DNA of 64,000 nt from Verrucomicrobiota bacterium (GCA_027619375.1 JAQCFL010000002.1:1663-65662); one strand, 5' to 3'; counted from the first letter of the stretch, positions 24,967 to 33,421 are shown. A program made the numbers and translations. The notes: a model not told the origin generated them from the sequence alone.

Positions 24967-26742
24967 TCATGGGGCGTGGGGGCTGGAGCGGAGAGAGAGG
25001 AGGTGCTCGGCGAGGCCGAGGACCTCGGCATCGGTGAGAGTTTCGTGTCCCGGCATGTCCGTGCCGGGGAGGCCGAATTTGGCGATGCGGGCGAGGGTTT
25101 CGCGGAGCGGGGGACCGTTCGGGGCGGGGTTGCTGAAGAGGAAGGGGCCGGCGTTGAGGTTGGCAGGGGGGCGTTGGAAGTGGCGGGCGAGGGGGCCGTC
25201 GCCGCGGCCGGCTTCCCCATGGCAGGCGGCGCAGTGGAGTGCGAAGAGGGTCGCCCCTTCGGCGGGTGGAGGATCGGAGGGGGTCCAGGCGGCGATGGTT
25301 TCCAAACGGGAGGACCACTCTTCGGGAGTGGTGTTGGTGAGGAAGGCGATCAGGTCGGCGCCGCGGTCATCGTCCCAGAGCCGGAGGTAGGGGGGCATGA
25401 CGCTGCCGGGGCTGAGCAATTGGGGATGGAGGAAGTGGAGTTCCATCCATTTTGGGGAGCGGCGCAAACCGACCTGCAGCAGATCCGGTCCCTGTCTGCG
25501 GTTTCCAATCAGGACCGGGGCGTCCTGAAGGATCTTCGGGATGGATCGGCTGGGGCCCCAGAGCAACTCGTCGGCGGTGCCGGGACGCACGTAGCGGGAA
25601 TGGCAATGGATGCAGCCCTCGGAGAGATAGACGGCTTGGCCGCGGGAAACGGGGCTGGCATTGGTTGAGGGGGGCGTGGCGAGGCTCCAAGCGAGGAGCG
25701 CGGACAAGACCACGAGAACGACGGCCGGGTGTCTGCCGGGCAGTCTGAACCGGTGACAGAGCACGGCGGCCGCACCGAGCCAAACCGCGAAGACGAACCA
25801 AGGGGGGACGAGGTGGAGGTTTGCGGCCATGCCGACGCCGAGGGCGGAGCCGATCCAACCGGCGAGGCCGAAGAGTCGCGCGGCGAGGGGGAGCGCTTCG
25901 CGGCTGGTGCGGGCTCCGGAGAGGCAGCCGGGATAGACCACGAGGGCCACGGAATAGAGGGAGACTCCGAGAGGATAGAGCCAACCGGAGAGGGCGGCGA
26001 AGGCCGGTTGACCGACCCACTGCGAGGCGACCGAGAGCAGGGCGAGGGCGGGCAAGAGGACGCGGAGCAGCCAGCCCCGATCGAGAGCCAGGCCGGCGGC
26101 GAGGGCTCCGAAGAAATGGAGGGCGGCATTGCGCCAGAGCAGATCGCTGCCCCAGGTGGCCTTTTTCAGAACGGCGGTGTGTTGGATGATGTAGAAGGCG
26201 GCCGAGTCGAGCCACACGAGGGACAGGAAGAGGAACACGATGAACCAGAACTGGCGGGGGATGGTCGGGGTGGAGGCTGACTTTGGGGGACCGAAATCGT
26301 TGTTCCGCGGGACGGTGGGGACGAACACCGCAGCGAGCCCGGCGAGGAGCACCACGGCGCCGGTCTGCCACTGCCAGGTGGCTTGGAAGAAGGCGGAGAT
26401 ATTGCAGAAGGCATAGGCCAGACCGGTGCCGAGGCCTGCCACCAGTCCGGCGCGTCGGGGGGACACCGTTTGACGCAGGGTGCCGGCGAGGGTGACGAGA
26501 GCGGTGAAACCGCAGACGAGAAAGCCGATCCGCAGGAGGGTGCGAGCCCCGAAGGTTTCCACCAGGCGAGGGGTGAGGACACAGCCGAGGACGCCGCCCA
26601 GGCCCATGGCGGCCATGAGGATCTTCAGGCCGTGGCCGGCATCCTCTCCGAGGGCGCTTCCCTCCAGAAAAGCAAACTGCGCGAAGAGCCGGAAGTAGCC
26701 ATAGATCGCGGTGATGGCGAAGCCGGTGCGGAGCATGTTCAT
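24967..26742 (-). CDS. Fusion protein: MFS-like polytopic membrane domain + CcoO(FixO)-like mono-haem domain + second class-I cytochrome c domain
   Basis: The ATG at 26742 (MNMLRTGFAIT...) overlaps the upstream stop (ATGA). About 11 hydrophobic helices include the MFS-motif-A-like LTPRLVETFGARTLLRIG. Next comes CIHCHSRYVRP...GPDL...W..HF.HP...SPGSVMPPY, the CcoO signature as I recall it. The C-terminus has LFALHCAACHGEAGRGDG...GTDMP. The 157 upstream codons of ORF 24967..27213 were rejected as Arg/Pro-rich. Confidence 0.8.
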   Translation of the reverse strand: MNMLRTGFAITAIYGYFRLFAQFAFLEGSALGEDAGHGLKILMAAMGLGGVLGCVLTPRLVETFGARTLLRIGFLVCGFTALVTLAGTLRQTVSPRRAGLVAGLGTGLAYAFCNISAFFQATWQWQTGAVVLLAGLAAVFVPTVPRNNDFGPPKSASTPTIPRQFWFIVFLFLSLVWLDSAAFYIIQHTAVLKKATWGSDLLWRNAALHFFGALAAGLALDRGWLLRVLLPALALLSVASQWVGQPAFAALSGWLYPLGVSLYSVALVVYPGCLSGARTSREALPLAARLFGLAGWIGSALGVGMAANLHLVPPWFVFAVWLGAAAVLCHRFRLPGRHPAVVLVVLSALLAWSLATPPSTNASPVSRGQAVYLSEGCIHCHSRYVRPGTADELLWGPSRSIPKILQDAPVLIGNRRQGPDLLQVGLRRSPKWMELHFLHPQLLSPGSVMPPYLRLWDDDRGADLIAFLTNTTPEEWSSRLETIAAWTPSDPPPAEGATLFALHCAACHGEAGRGDGPLARHFQRPPANLNAGPFLFSNPAPNGPPLRETLARIAKFGLPGTDMPGHETLTDAEVLGLAEHLLSLRSSPHAP

Positions 26743-27161
26743 CCCTGTAAAACCCTTTCCAACAGTTGTTTGTGCAATCCGATGGCCTGGAGGCCGCCCA
26801 CCACGAGGTCGGTTGCGGCGACCGGGAGCCAGGCCGTCTCGAGGCTGCCGCGGGCCACGCTGAGGGCCACGAAAAGGGCCACGGCGCAGCGGGCCACGGC
26901 GGTGATGAGCCATTGCATGCGCCAGGCGGCGACCGCGTTGGCGTCGCGGGGGAGGCCGCCCACCAGAAAGTAGGAAAGACCGACGGAGAAGACGAAGACG
27001 CCGACCCACGAGAGGAAGATGTTGGGGCCTGCCGGTTCGCTGATTCCCATGAGGCGCAAGGTTTGCAGGGGGAGGAACAGGAGGAGGAGTCCGGTGAGGG
27101 AGTCCATCAGGCCGACGAGGCGCTGGGCCGGAAGAAGAAGTCTGGGAAACTTGTCTTGCAT
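26739..27161 (-). CDS. 140-aa four-helix membrane protein of unknown function
   Basis: Its ATG directly abuts the TAA of the upstream gene (27159-27164). There are four hydrophobic segments and no motif was recognised. Confidence 0.65.
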   Translation of the reverse strand: MQDKFPRLLLPAQRLVGLMDSLTGLLLLFLPLQTLRLMGISEPAGPNIFLSWVGVFVFSVGLSYFLVGGLPRDANAVAAWRMQWLITAVARCAVALFVALSVARGSLETAWLPVAATDLVVGGLQAIGLHKQLLERVLQG

Positions 27162-28424
27162 TTAATTGTTCGCTGCGGATTGAGGTTCGTGTGGCTTGAG
27201 GAGTCCGAGCCACCAGCGGGCGCTGACGATCAGGAGGACGAGGCCGCAGAGGAGGCGCAGGGTGTAGAGGCTCGTCTTGGTTGGGTTGGGGTGAAGGATC
27301 CAGGCGGGGTCGGCGGCTTCAAAGAGGCCGGCGCTTGCCATGAGCACGACGTAGCCGAGGGTGGCGCCGTTCCACCACCAGAAGCCCGTCGCCAAGGGCC
27401 GCGTCCCGCCGGTGAGGACCACGGCGAGGAAGAGCAGGAAGGTGCTGGTGAACCCGGCCATGGCGAAGTGGGCGTGCGCGACGAGGACGTTGGTGAATTT
27501 GGCGGCATCGAGCAGCCCCGGCAGGAAGGTGAGCCAGCCGGTGAGGATGAGCAGGGCGAGCCAGGCCAGGGAGGCGGAGAGCCAGCGGCGTTCCAGAGGG
27601 CTCCAGGAATAGCGTCGATAGAAGATCGGGAGGAGGGCGATCCAGGCGAGAAGGAGGCCGAGGCCAATCCATTGGGAGGGTTCGCGGTGACTGATCACGG
27701 TCCGCTCGAGGAAGGGAACGGCGGCGAGTTGGAGGCCGAAGACGATCCAATAGAGGGACTCTCGCCCCGCGCCTTCGGCCCTCCGCCGACCGAGGGAGCG
27801 GGGCACGAGGAGGAGCAGGAAGACGACGGACAAGCTGGAGCCGAGGAGGCTGGCCCCGGTCGGGCCGCCGCTCTCGGGGTTGACGGGAGGATAGACCTCC
27901 GGGCGGGCGGCGAGGGCGAGGAGCACCGGCACGGCGCCGAGGGCCAGGAGGCCAAGGAGATGCGCCTTGCCGCGGCGGCCGCGAAACCAGGCGGCGGCGA
28001 GGACGCCCCAAAGCAGGACCATGGCCCCGAGGAAGAAGCCGAGGCTGCGCCCGGACCAGTCCAGAAAGATCTTGCCGCTGGTCTGGCCATCCAGCCAGGC
28101 GAGGGAACCCGCCAGCAGGGCGGCGGACCAGGCCCAGATTGCCGTGAGGCCCCAGCTGGTGAGGCCGATGGCATCCACCCCGTAAAGCCGGAACAGCCAG
28201 GCGACCAAGGGGAGGCTGGTCCAGCCGAAGAGGTGCAGGTTCAGGTGCAGGGGCATCCAGCGTCCATAGGTCCAGGTGCCCAGCAGCCCGCCGCCGGTTG
28301 GGGCGACGAGGAGCAGGGCCAGGAGGAAACCCACGGCATTTGCGGCGACCAGCCAGAAGAAGGCATGCCTCAGGGCGGTCCTGATGGAAGCGTTCTCGGG
28401 CGGGAAATTGGGGGAACTCAACAT
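27162..28424 (-). CDS. cbb3 oxidase subunit I (CcoN)/NorB-like haem-copper-oxidase-superfamily membrane protein lacking recognisable CuB/FeB histidine ligands
   Basis: 420 aa, ~12 TM. GRWMPLHLNLHLFGW resembles the CcoN helix-II GRLRPLHTNAVIFAF. FTNVLVAHAHFAMAGF carries the helix-X HxH haem ligand pair. LYTLRLLCGLVLL resembles the CcoN C-terminus FYVIRLLGG. Only one His (H246) lies between residues ~160 and 316, where one His plus an HH pair is expected. These comparisons are from memory of family consensus. Confidence 0.7.
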   Translation of the reverse strand: MLSSPNFPPENASIRTALRHAFFWLVAANAVGFLLALLLVAPTGGGLLGTWTYGRWMPLHLNLHLFGWTSLPLVAWLFRLYGVDAIGLTSWGLTAIWAWSAALLAGSLAWLDGQTSGKIFLDWSGRSLGFFLGAMVLLWGVLAAAWFRGRRGKAHLLGLLALGAVPVLLALAARPEVYPPVNPESGGPTGASLLGSSLSVVFLLLLVPRSLGRRRAEGAGRESLYWIVFGLQLAAVPFLERTVISHREPSQWIGLGLLLAWIALLPIFYRRYSWSPLERRWLSASLAWLALLILTGWLTFLPGLLDAAKFTNVLVAHAHFAMAGFTSTFLLFLAVVLTGGTRPLATGFWWWNGATLGYVVLMASAGLFEAADPAWILHPNPTKTSLYTLRLLCGLVLLIVSARWWLGLLKPHEPQSAANN

Positions 28425-28425
28425 G

Positions 28426-29094
28426 TTAGGAGAGGATGCGGCCGTCCTTCATTTCCACGACCCGGTCACAGCGGTCGGCGAGGGAGCGGTCGTGGGTGGC
28501 CATGATGAGGGTGCGGCCGGCGCTTCTGACGAGATCGACGAGAAGGGCGAAAACCTGTTCGCGACTGTCCTCGTCGAGGGCCCCGGTGGGTTCGTCGGCG
28601 AGGATGAGTTGGGGATCGTTCATGAGGGCCCGGCAGAGGGCGGTGCGCTGGCGCTCCCCACCGGAGAGATCCTGGATGCGGTTTCCCAGTCTGTGTTGGA
28701 GTCCGGTGGCGGTGGTGAGGCGGGCGAGTCGAAGGCGGGCCTCACCCTTGGGAAGTCCTGCGGCGATGGCGGGAATCAGGCAGTTCTCGGTGAGGGTGAG
28801 GTCGGCGATGAGATTGTGGAGCTGGAAGACGAGTCCGATCCGGCTGCGGAGGAGGAGGGTGAGATCGCGGTCGCGGTGGAGGGATTGGCCGTCGTGGAGG
28901 ACCTGCCCCCTGGTGGGTTGATCCAGTCCGGCGATGAGATGGAGGAGGGTGGATTTGCCGCAACCGGAGGGTCCACAGATGGCGACGAGGCTGCCGCGTT
29001 GGACCTCGAGGTCGACCTCGTGGAGGACGGGGATTTTCCCGTTCTCGTAGCTCATGGAAACGCCACGGGTTTGCACTTGGGGTGGTTGGCTCAT
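28426..29094 (-). CDS. ABC transporter ATP-binding protein (MacB/LolD-type)
   Basis: 222 aa with Walker A GPSGCGKST, signature LSGGERQR, Walker B LILADEPT and an H-loop ATHD. Confidence 0.9.
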   Translation of the reverse strand: MSQPPQVQTRGVSMSYENGKIPVLHEVDLEVQRGSLVAICGPSGCGKSTLLHLIAGLDQPTRGQVLHDGQSLHRDRDLTLLLRSRIGLVFQLHNLIADLTLTENCLIPAIAAGLPKGEARLRLARLTTATGLQHRLGNRIQDLSGGERQRTALCRALMNDPQLILADEPTGALDEDSREQVFALLVDLVRSAGRTLIMATHDRSLADRCDRVVEMKDGRILS

Positions 29095-30203
29095 TCGAAT
29101 CGCAGGGCGTTGGCGGCGCGGATCCTCATGCCGTAGATGGCGGGGTAGAGGGCTCCGAGCATGCCGGTGAGGACGGCGAGGAAGACGACCACGCCGATCA
29201 TGGAGGGTTCGAGGTGGACCTCCACATAGCCCTGGAGGAAGGGCAGGGACTTGAGGAGACCGAGGGCGAGGCGGCTGAGGAGGATGCCGACCACCGCACC
29301 TAGCAGGGCCACGACGATGGACTCCCCGACGATGAGGCCGGCGATCTGCCAGCGGGAGAACCCGCAGACGCGGAGGATGGCGAGTTCGCGGATGCGGCCG
29401 AAGACGGCCATGATCATGGTGTTGGCGACGCTGAGCCCGCCGAGGAGGAAGGCGCAGCCGCCCACCACCCAGGCGGTGATTTTCAGGATGCGGAACTGGG
29501 AGTAGTTCTGGCTGAACTCCTCGTTTTCGAGGGCGGTGAGGTTTTCGTGATTGGTTTGCACGTAGTCCTTGAACTGTCGGCGTTGGTTTTCCTCCCGGAG
29601 TTTCACCATGACCACGGAGGCGACCCCCTCCTTTCGGAAGAAGCGTTGGGCGAGAGGGAGGGGCATGAAGACCCCGCCGTCTTCGAAGCCGTTGGCGGTC
29701 CGGATGACTCCGGCGACCTCGAACTCAGCTCGTCCGATCGGCACACGCTCCCCGGCACCAACCTTGAGGAAGGCTGCGGCCCGCTCCCCGAGGAGGACGC
29801 GTTCACTGTCGTTGGTGAACCGGTCGGAAGCACCCTGCAGCCATTCCGCGTCGCGGAGGCGGGCTGCCTCGGGGCCGACCCCGAAGCAGGTGATGACCGG
29901 GTTGTTCTCGCTGGAGACGATGCCGAAGAGGACCGCCTCGGCGTTCTGGACGAAGGGGAGGTCCTCAAACTCGGCGACCGTCTCCACCGGGACGTTGCTG
30001 AAGAAGAGGTCGGAGACGTTGCGTTCGAAGACGATCAGTTCGCTGTCGCTGCTAAGAATGCGTTCGAACATCCGGATCGCCCCGCCGAGCAGGGTCACCA
30101 CGCAAAGCATGGTGGCCACCCCGAAGGAGATACCAACCGCCCCGATGGTGGTGCGGATGGCGTGGCACCGGAGGTTGAGGAGGATGAGGCCGAGGAGGGA
30201 CAT
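29091..30203 (-). CDS. ABC transporter permease, FtsX/MacB-type with periplasmic core domain
   Basis: 370 aa with one N-terminal TM, a ~220-aa extracytoplasmic domain, then three C-terminal TMs (FtsX-like: RELAILRVCGFSRWQIAGLIVGES...). There is an ATGA overlap with the ATPase gene. Confidence 0.85.
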   Translation of the reverse strand: MSLLGLILLNLRCHAIRTTIGAVGISFGVATMLCVVTLLGGAIRMFERILSSDSELIVFERNVSDLFFSNVPVETVAEFEDLPFVQNAEAVLFGIVSSENNPVITCFGVGPEAARLRDAEWLQGASDRFTNDSERVLLGERAAAFLKVGAGERVPIGRAEFEVAGVIRTANGFEDGGVFMPLPLAQRFFRKEGVASVVMVKLREENQRRQFKDYVQTNHENLTALENEEFSQNYSQFRILKITAWVVGGCAFLLGGLSVANTMIMAVFGRIRELAILRVCGFSRWQIAGLIVGESIVVALLGAVVGILLSRLALGLLKSLPFLQGYVEVHLEPSMIGVVVFLAVLTGMLGALYPAIYGMRIRAANALRFE

Positions 30204-30206
30204 CGG

Positions 30207-30986
30207 TCAGCTCGCCACCGAGGTGAGGTGGGGGGTCTCGCGGGGTTGCATGGCGGGGACGGCCGTCCGGAGGCGATCGAGGAAGCGCCACTGAGCGGGG
30301 GAGCCGGGTAGCTGAGAGACCGTTTTGTCTCCCAGCCGGTTGAGGCGTTCGATCAGTTGCAGGGCACTCTGCGCACCGCCGGCGAGGACCAAATTCGGTC
30401 GACCGAGGGCCAGGTCCCGGCCGCCGGTCTTGCCGCTGGTGTCCACCGGGCCGACGAAGTCCTTGAGGTCGTCCGCGATCTGAAAGGCGAGACCGACGAA
30501 GAGGCAGTAGCGCTCGAGGAGCTGGATGAGGCGCGGGCTGCCCCCAGTGATGATGACCGGGAGGAGCGCGGCGAGCCGCAGGAGCGGGACGGTTTTCATT
30601 CGGGCGATGGCCAGAACGCCATGCGGTGACCGGGAGCTACGGCTATCATGCAGATCGCGGCTCTGGCCCCCGAGGAGACTGAAGACCCCGAGGGCTTGAT
30701 CGATGTAGCTGGTCGCCTTGAGGTGATCGGGCAGGCTCGCGAAGGCGATTCCCTCCCCAATGAGGGAGTAGGCCCGGGTGATCAGGGCGAGTCCGGCGAG
30801 GACCGCGGCGCTTTCACCGTGGGTCCGGTGGACGCAGGGTGCGTGCCGCCGGGTATCGGCGTCGTCCATGCAGGGCAGATCGTCGAAGATGAGGGAAGCC
30901 GTGTGGAAATACTCCACGGCGATGGCCAGTTTGAGGGCGTGATTTCTTTCCAGTCCTGCGGAGCGCCCCGAGGCGAAGCAGGCCAT
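30207..30986 (-). CDS. trans-Prenyl diphosphate synthase-like protein (FPP/GGPP synthase family); N-terminus apparently displaced into another frame
   Basis: The first Asp-rich motif FDDLPCMDDADTRR and the second IADDLKD are present, with GKTGGRDLALGRPN downstream. Only ~30 residues precede the first motif. Plausible N-terminal sequence (DDLRALREAFRTGFDDTTEGDPVLVASLAHVLAHPG) is encoded in a different frame at ~31005-31115. Confidence 0.65.
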   Translation of the reverse strand: MACFASGRSAGLERNHALKLAIAVEYFHTASLIFDDLPCMDDADTRRHAPCVHRTHGESAAVLAGLALITRAYSLIGEGIAFASLPDHLKATSYIDQALGVFSLLGGQSRDLHDSRSSRSPHGVLAIARMKTVPLLRLAALLPVIITGGSPRLIQLLERYCLFVGLAFQIADDLKDFVGPVDTSGKTGGRDLALGRPNLVLAGGAQSALQLIERLNRLGDKTVSQLPGSPAQWRFLDRLRTAVPAMQPRETPHLTSVAS

Positions 30987-31159
30987 GGCCCTGCCGAGGT
31001 GCCCGGGTGGGCGAGCACGTGGGCCAGGGAGGCGACCAGCACCGGATCACCTTCGGTGGTGTCGTCGAAACCGGTTCGAAATGCCTCGCGGAGGGCCCGG
31101 AGATCGTCCGGAGACGCTCTGGCTTTCGGAGTTGCGGGGTTGATGGATGGGACATGCGG

Positions 31160-31723
31160 TTAGCGGATGCTCCCTTTGAGGTTGAAGCGGATCGTGACGA
31201 TGGGATTCACGGTGAGGACGAGCAATTTGCGGATCTTGCCCAGTTTGAAATCCTGGTGATCGATGCGCACGGTGCCAGACACTTGGAGGTTGCTGCCGTC
31301 GCGGACAGTGGTCACCGGGAACTGGATGATTTTTCTGACTCCGTGGATGCGGAGGGTCCCCTTGGCCCAGGTGCTGCCATCTTTGGCGGTGGCGAAGCCG
31401 CTGAGATTGAAGCTGCCGGAGGGCATGGCGGCGTGTTCCAGCCACTTGAGCATTTCGTCGTCGCGCTTCACATCGCCGGTGGGAAGGTTTTTGAAGTCCC
31501 AGCTGAGATCGACGGTCTTCGGGGTGGCGGAGTTGGCGTCGCCGGTGATTTTGATCTTATACTTGGTTAGCTTGGCGGTGAAGTCGTGGCCGGTGGCTTT
31601 GACATCGACGAGGATGGCGCTCTTGGCGGGATCGACGACGAACTCGGCTGCTTGGAGCGGCTGAGCGAGGACTCCGAGGGCGAAGGCCAGGGAGAGGAAT
31701 GGGGGAGACAATGGTGATTTCAT
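31160..31723 (-). CDS. YceI-like periplasmic polyisoprenoid/lipid-binding protein
   Basis: 187 aa with a signal peptide (…ALGVLAQPLQA). F.VDPAKS.I...V.ATGHDFTAKL...G.L.IHGV....F...V... is the YceI beta-barrel pattern. Confidence 0.8.
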   Translation of the reverse strand: MKSPLSPPFLSLAFALGVLAQPLQAAEFVVDPAKSAILVDVKATGHDFTAKLTKYKIKITGDANSATPKTVDLSWDFKNLPTGDVKRDDEMLKWLEHAAMPSGSFNLSGFATAKDGSTWAKGTLRIHGVRKIIQFPVTTVRDGSNLQVSGTVRIDHQDFKLGKIRKLLVLTVNPIVTIRFNLKGSIR

Positions 31724-31928
31724 GATGGTTTGATGGGGATGGGTTCAAAGGAGGTTCCGGTGGGAACAGGGAGGTCCCGAGGGAGGGAGAAACACTGCCG
31801 CCGTAGAACGCACGGAAGCGGAGAGGGGGCCGGGCAGGCTCGAGGAAACGGCCCATGATGCCTGGACCCACGGGTGCAGACCCGCGGAAAGGTCACCGGC
31901 CGTGCGTCCTGCACGGGGGCCGAGGGGA

Positions 31929-32327
31929 TCAGAGCCGATAGACTCCGAAGAAGCTGCGCTCGGGAGCGGGAAGCGACAAGGCGGGGTCGGGCGGGGGCCG
32001 GATGGGGAGGTGGCCGGTGGCGGGATCCTGGAGAAGGGTGATGGACGATCCGATATCGCCGCAGAGCAGGGTTCCCGGGGCGAGTTTGCCATCCGCGGGC
32101 TCCTGATCCTCGGCAAGGTCAGCGACCTCTTCGACTTCCTGGTCGCAGTGGCAGGGAACGCCGGGGGTGTTGGGTGTCGAGAGCTGGTGGCAGTTGCCCT
32201 GAAGGGGGCGGGCTGCGGCCGAGGCATGAAGGTTGACCCCGAAGAGGGACATCACCTTGCACGGGCAGCTTGGCAAGATGATGCCGAACCATGCGATGAT
32301 CAGGGCGGTATTGCGGAAGAAAGCCAC
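31929..32327 (-). CDS. Hypothetical small protein with N-terminal hydrophobic helix and Cys/His clusters
   Basis: 132 aa: MAFFRNTALIIAWFGIILPSCPC...CHCDQE... It has strongly GC3-biased codons, unlike the overlapping plus-strand ORF 31902..32372. Confidence 0.5.
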   Translation of the reverse strand: MAFFRNTALIIAWFGIILPSCPCKVMSLFGVNLHASAAARPLQGNCHQLSTPNTPGVPCHCDQEVEEVADLAEDQEPADGKLAPGTLLCGDIGSSITLLQDPATGHLPIRPPPDPALSLPAPERSFFGVYRL

Positions 32328-32423
32328 AGCTGGTCGTTCGGAGTCGATTGTAACGGGGGATGTTCAAATTAAATTTTGCGCATTGCTGAAAAAAAGGGAG
32401 CTTCGGACGCCCCATCCCATGCC

Positions 32424-33380
32424 ATGGCCCGGAGATACGCGAACAACCATCCCATGCCCCGCCACGGGCCCCTGCAGATTTTGAAATGGAAGCTGGGGAT
32501 GTCCCGGCGGGAGGCCCCTGCCGTTCCTGATGCTCCGGACACACCGGCGGCGTGGATGGCGGTGGAGGAGTCGAGACTGGAGGCGCCGCCCATGTCCACC
32601 TGGCAGTTGACCTGGCTCGGGCATGCCTCGTGGCTTCTGCAACTGGGTGGGGCAAACCTGCTCATTGATCCGGTCTTTTCCGAATACTGTGCTCCGGTGC
32701 GCATCCCGAGCTTGCGGCGTCAGCAGGGTCCCGGCGTGCTGCCGGGGGGACTTCCCGGAATCGATGGGGTGTTGCTGACCCACAGCCACTATGATCATTT
32801 GGATCTGCCGACCTTGCGGAACCTCCCGGGAAATCCGCCACTGGTGGTGCCGGAGGGTCATCGGGAATGGCTGAGGGGCAAAGGCTTTGGGGACGTCACC
32901 GAGTTGGCTTGGGGCGACTCCTGTGCGCTCGGCAGGGGTCTCACCGTGCACGCCACCCCGGCGCAACATTTCACGGCCCGGACGCCGTTTGACCGTGACC
33001 GGGGGCATTGGTGTGGGTGGGTGGTGGAGGGCGGAGGGATGCGGATCTATTTCGCGGGAGACACGGGGTATGCACCGCTCTTCGGGGACATTGCGCGGCG
33101 GCATGCCGCGCTGGATCTGGCCGTGTTGCCGATTGGAGCCTATGCCCCGCGCTGGTTGATGCGTCCGATCCATTTGGATCCGGAAGAGGCGGTGCGGGCG
33201 CATCTGGAGCTTGGCCCGCGTTGTTCGGTGGCCTCGCATTGGGGGACCTTCCGTTTGACCGACGAGGCGCTGGGGGAGCCACCGATCTGGCTGGCCCGGG
33301 CCTGTGATGCTGCCGGGGTGGCGCGGAAGGACTTTCGGGTCCTGAAGGTGGGGGAGACGCTCAGCGGGGAGGAGGTCTGA
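32424..33380 (+). CDS. MBL-fold metallo-hydrolase (NAPE-PLD-like)
   Basis: Motifs are WLGHASWLLQLGG, LLIDPVF, the metal motif THSHYDHLD, and FAGDTGY. The start could be 32424 (ATG) or the track start 32376. Confidence 0.8.
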   Translation: MARRYANNHPMPRHGPLQILKWKLGMSRREAPAVPDAPDTPAAWMAVEESRLEAPPMSTWQLTWLGHASWLLQLGGANLLIDPVFSEYCAPVRIPSLRRQQGPGVLPGGLPGIDGVLLTHSHYDHLDLPTLRNLPGNPPLVVPEGHREWLRGKGFGDVTELAWGDSCALGRGLTVHATPAQHFTARTPFDRDRGHWCGWVVEGGGMRIYFAGDTGYAPLFGDIARRHAALDLAVLPIGAYAPRWLMRPIHLDPEEAVRAHLELGPRCSVASHWGTFRLTDEALGEPPIWLARACDAAGVARKDFRVLKVGETLSGEEV

Positions 33381-33421
33381 GCCGGCGGCTTGTGGCGGGA
33401 AGCATCGTCCGATAGTCTCTG

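Noticed and set aside
31902-32372. Plus-strand 156-aa ORF overlapping the minus-strand 31929..32327 ORF
   Set aside because: The product is Gly/Arg/Asp-rich without hydrophobic core features. The minus-strand frame has the GC3 bias of real genes here and a plausible signal/anchor helix.
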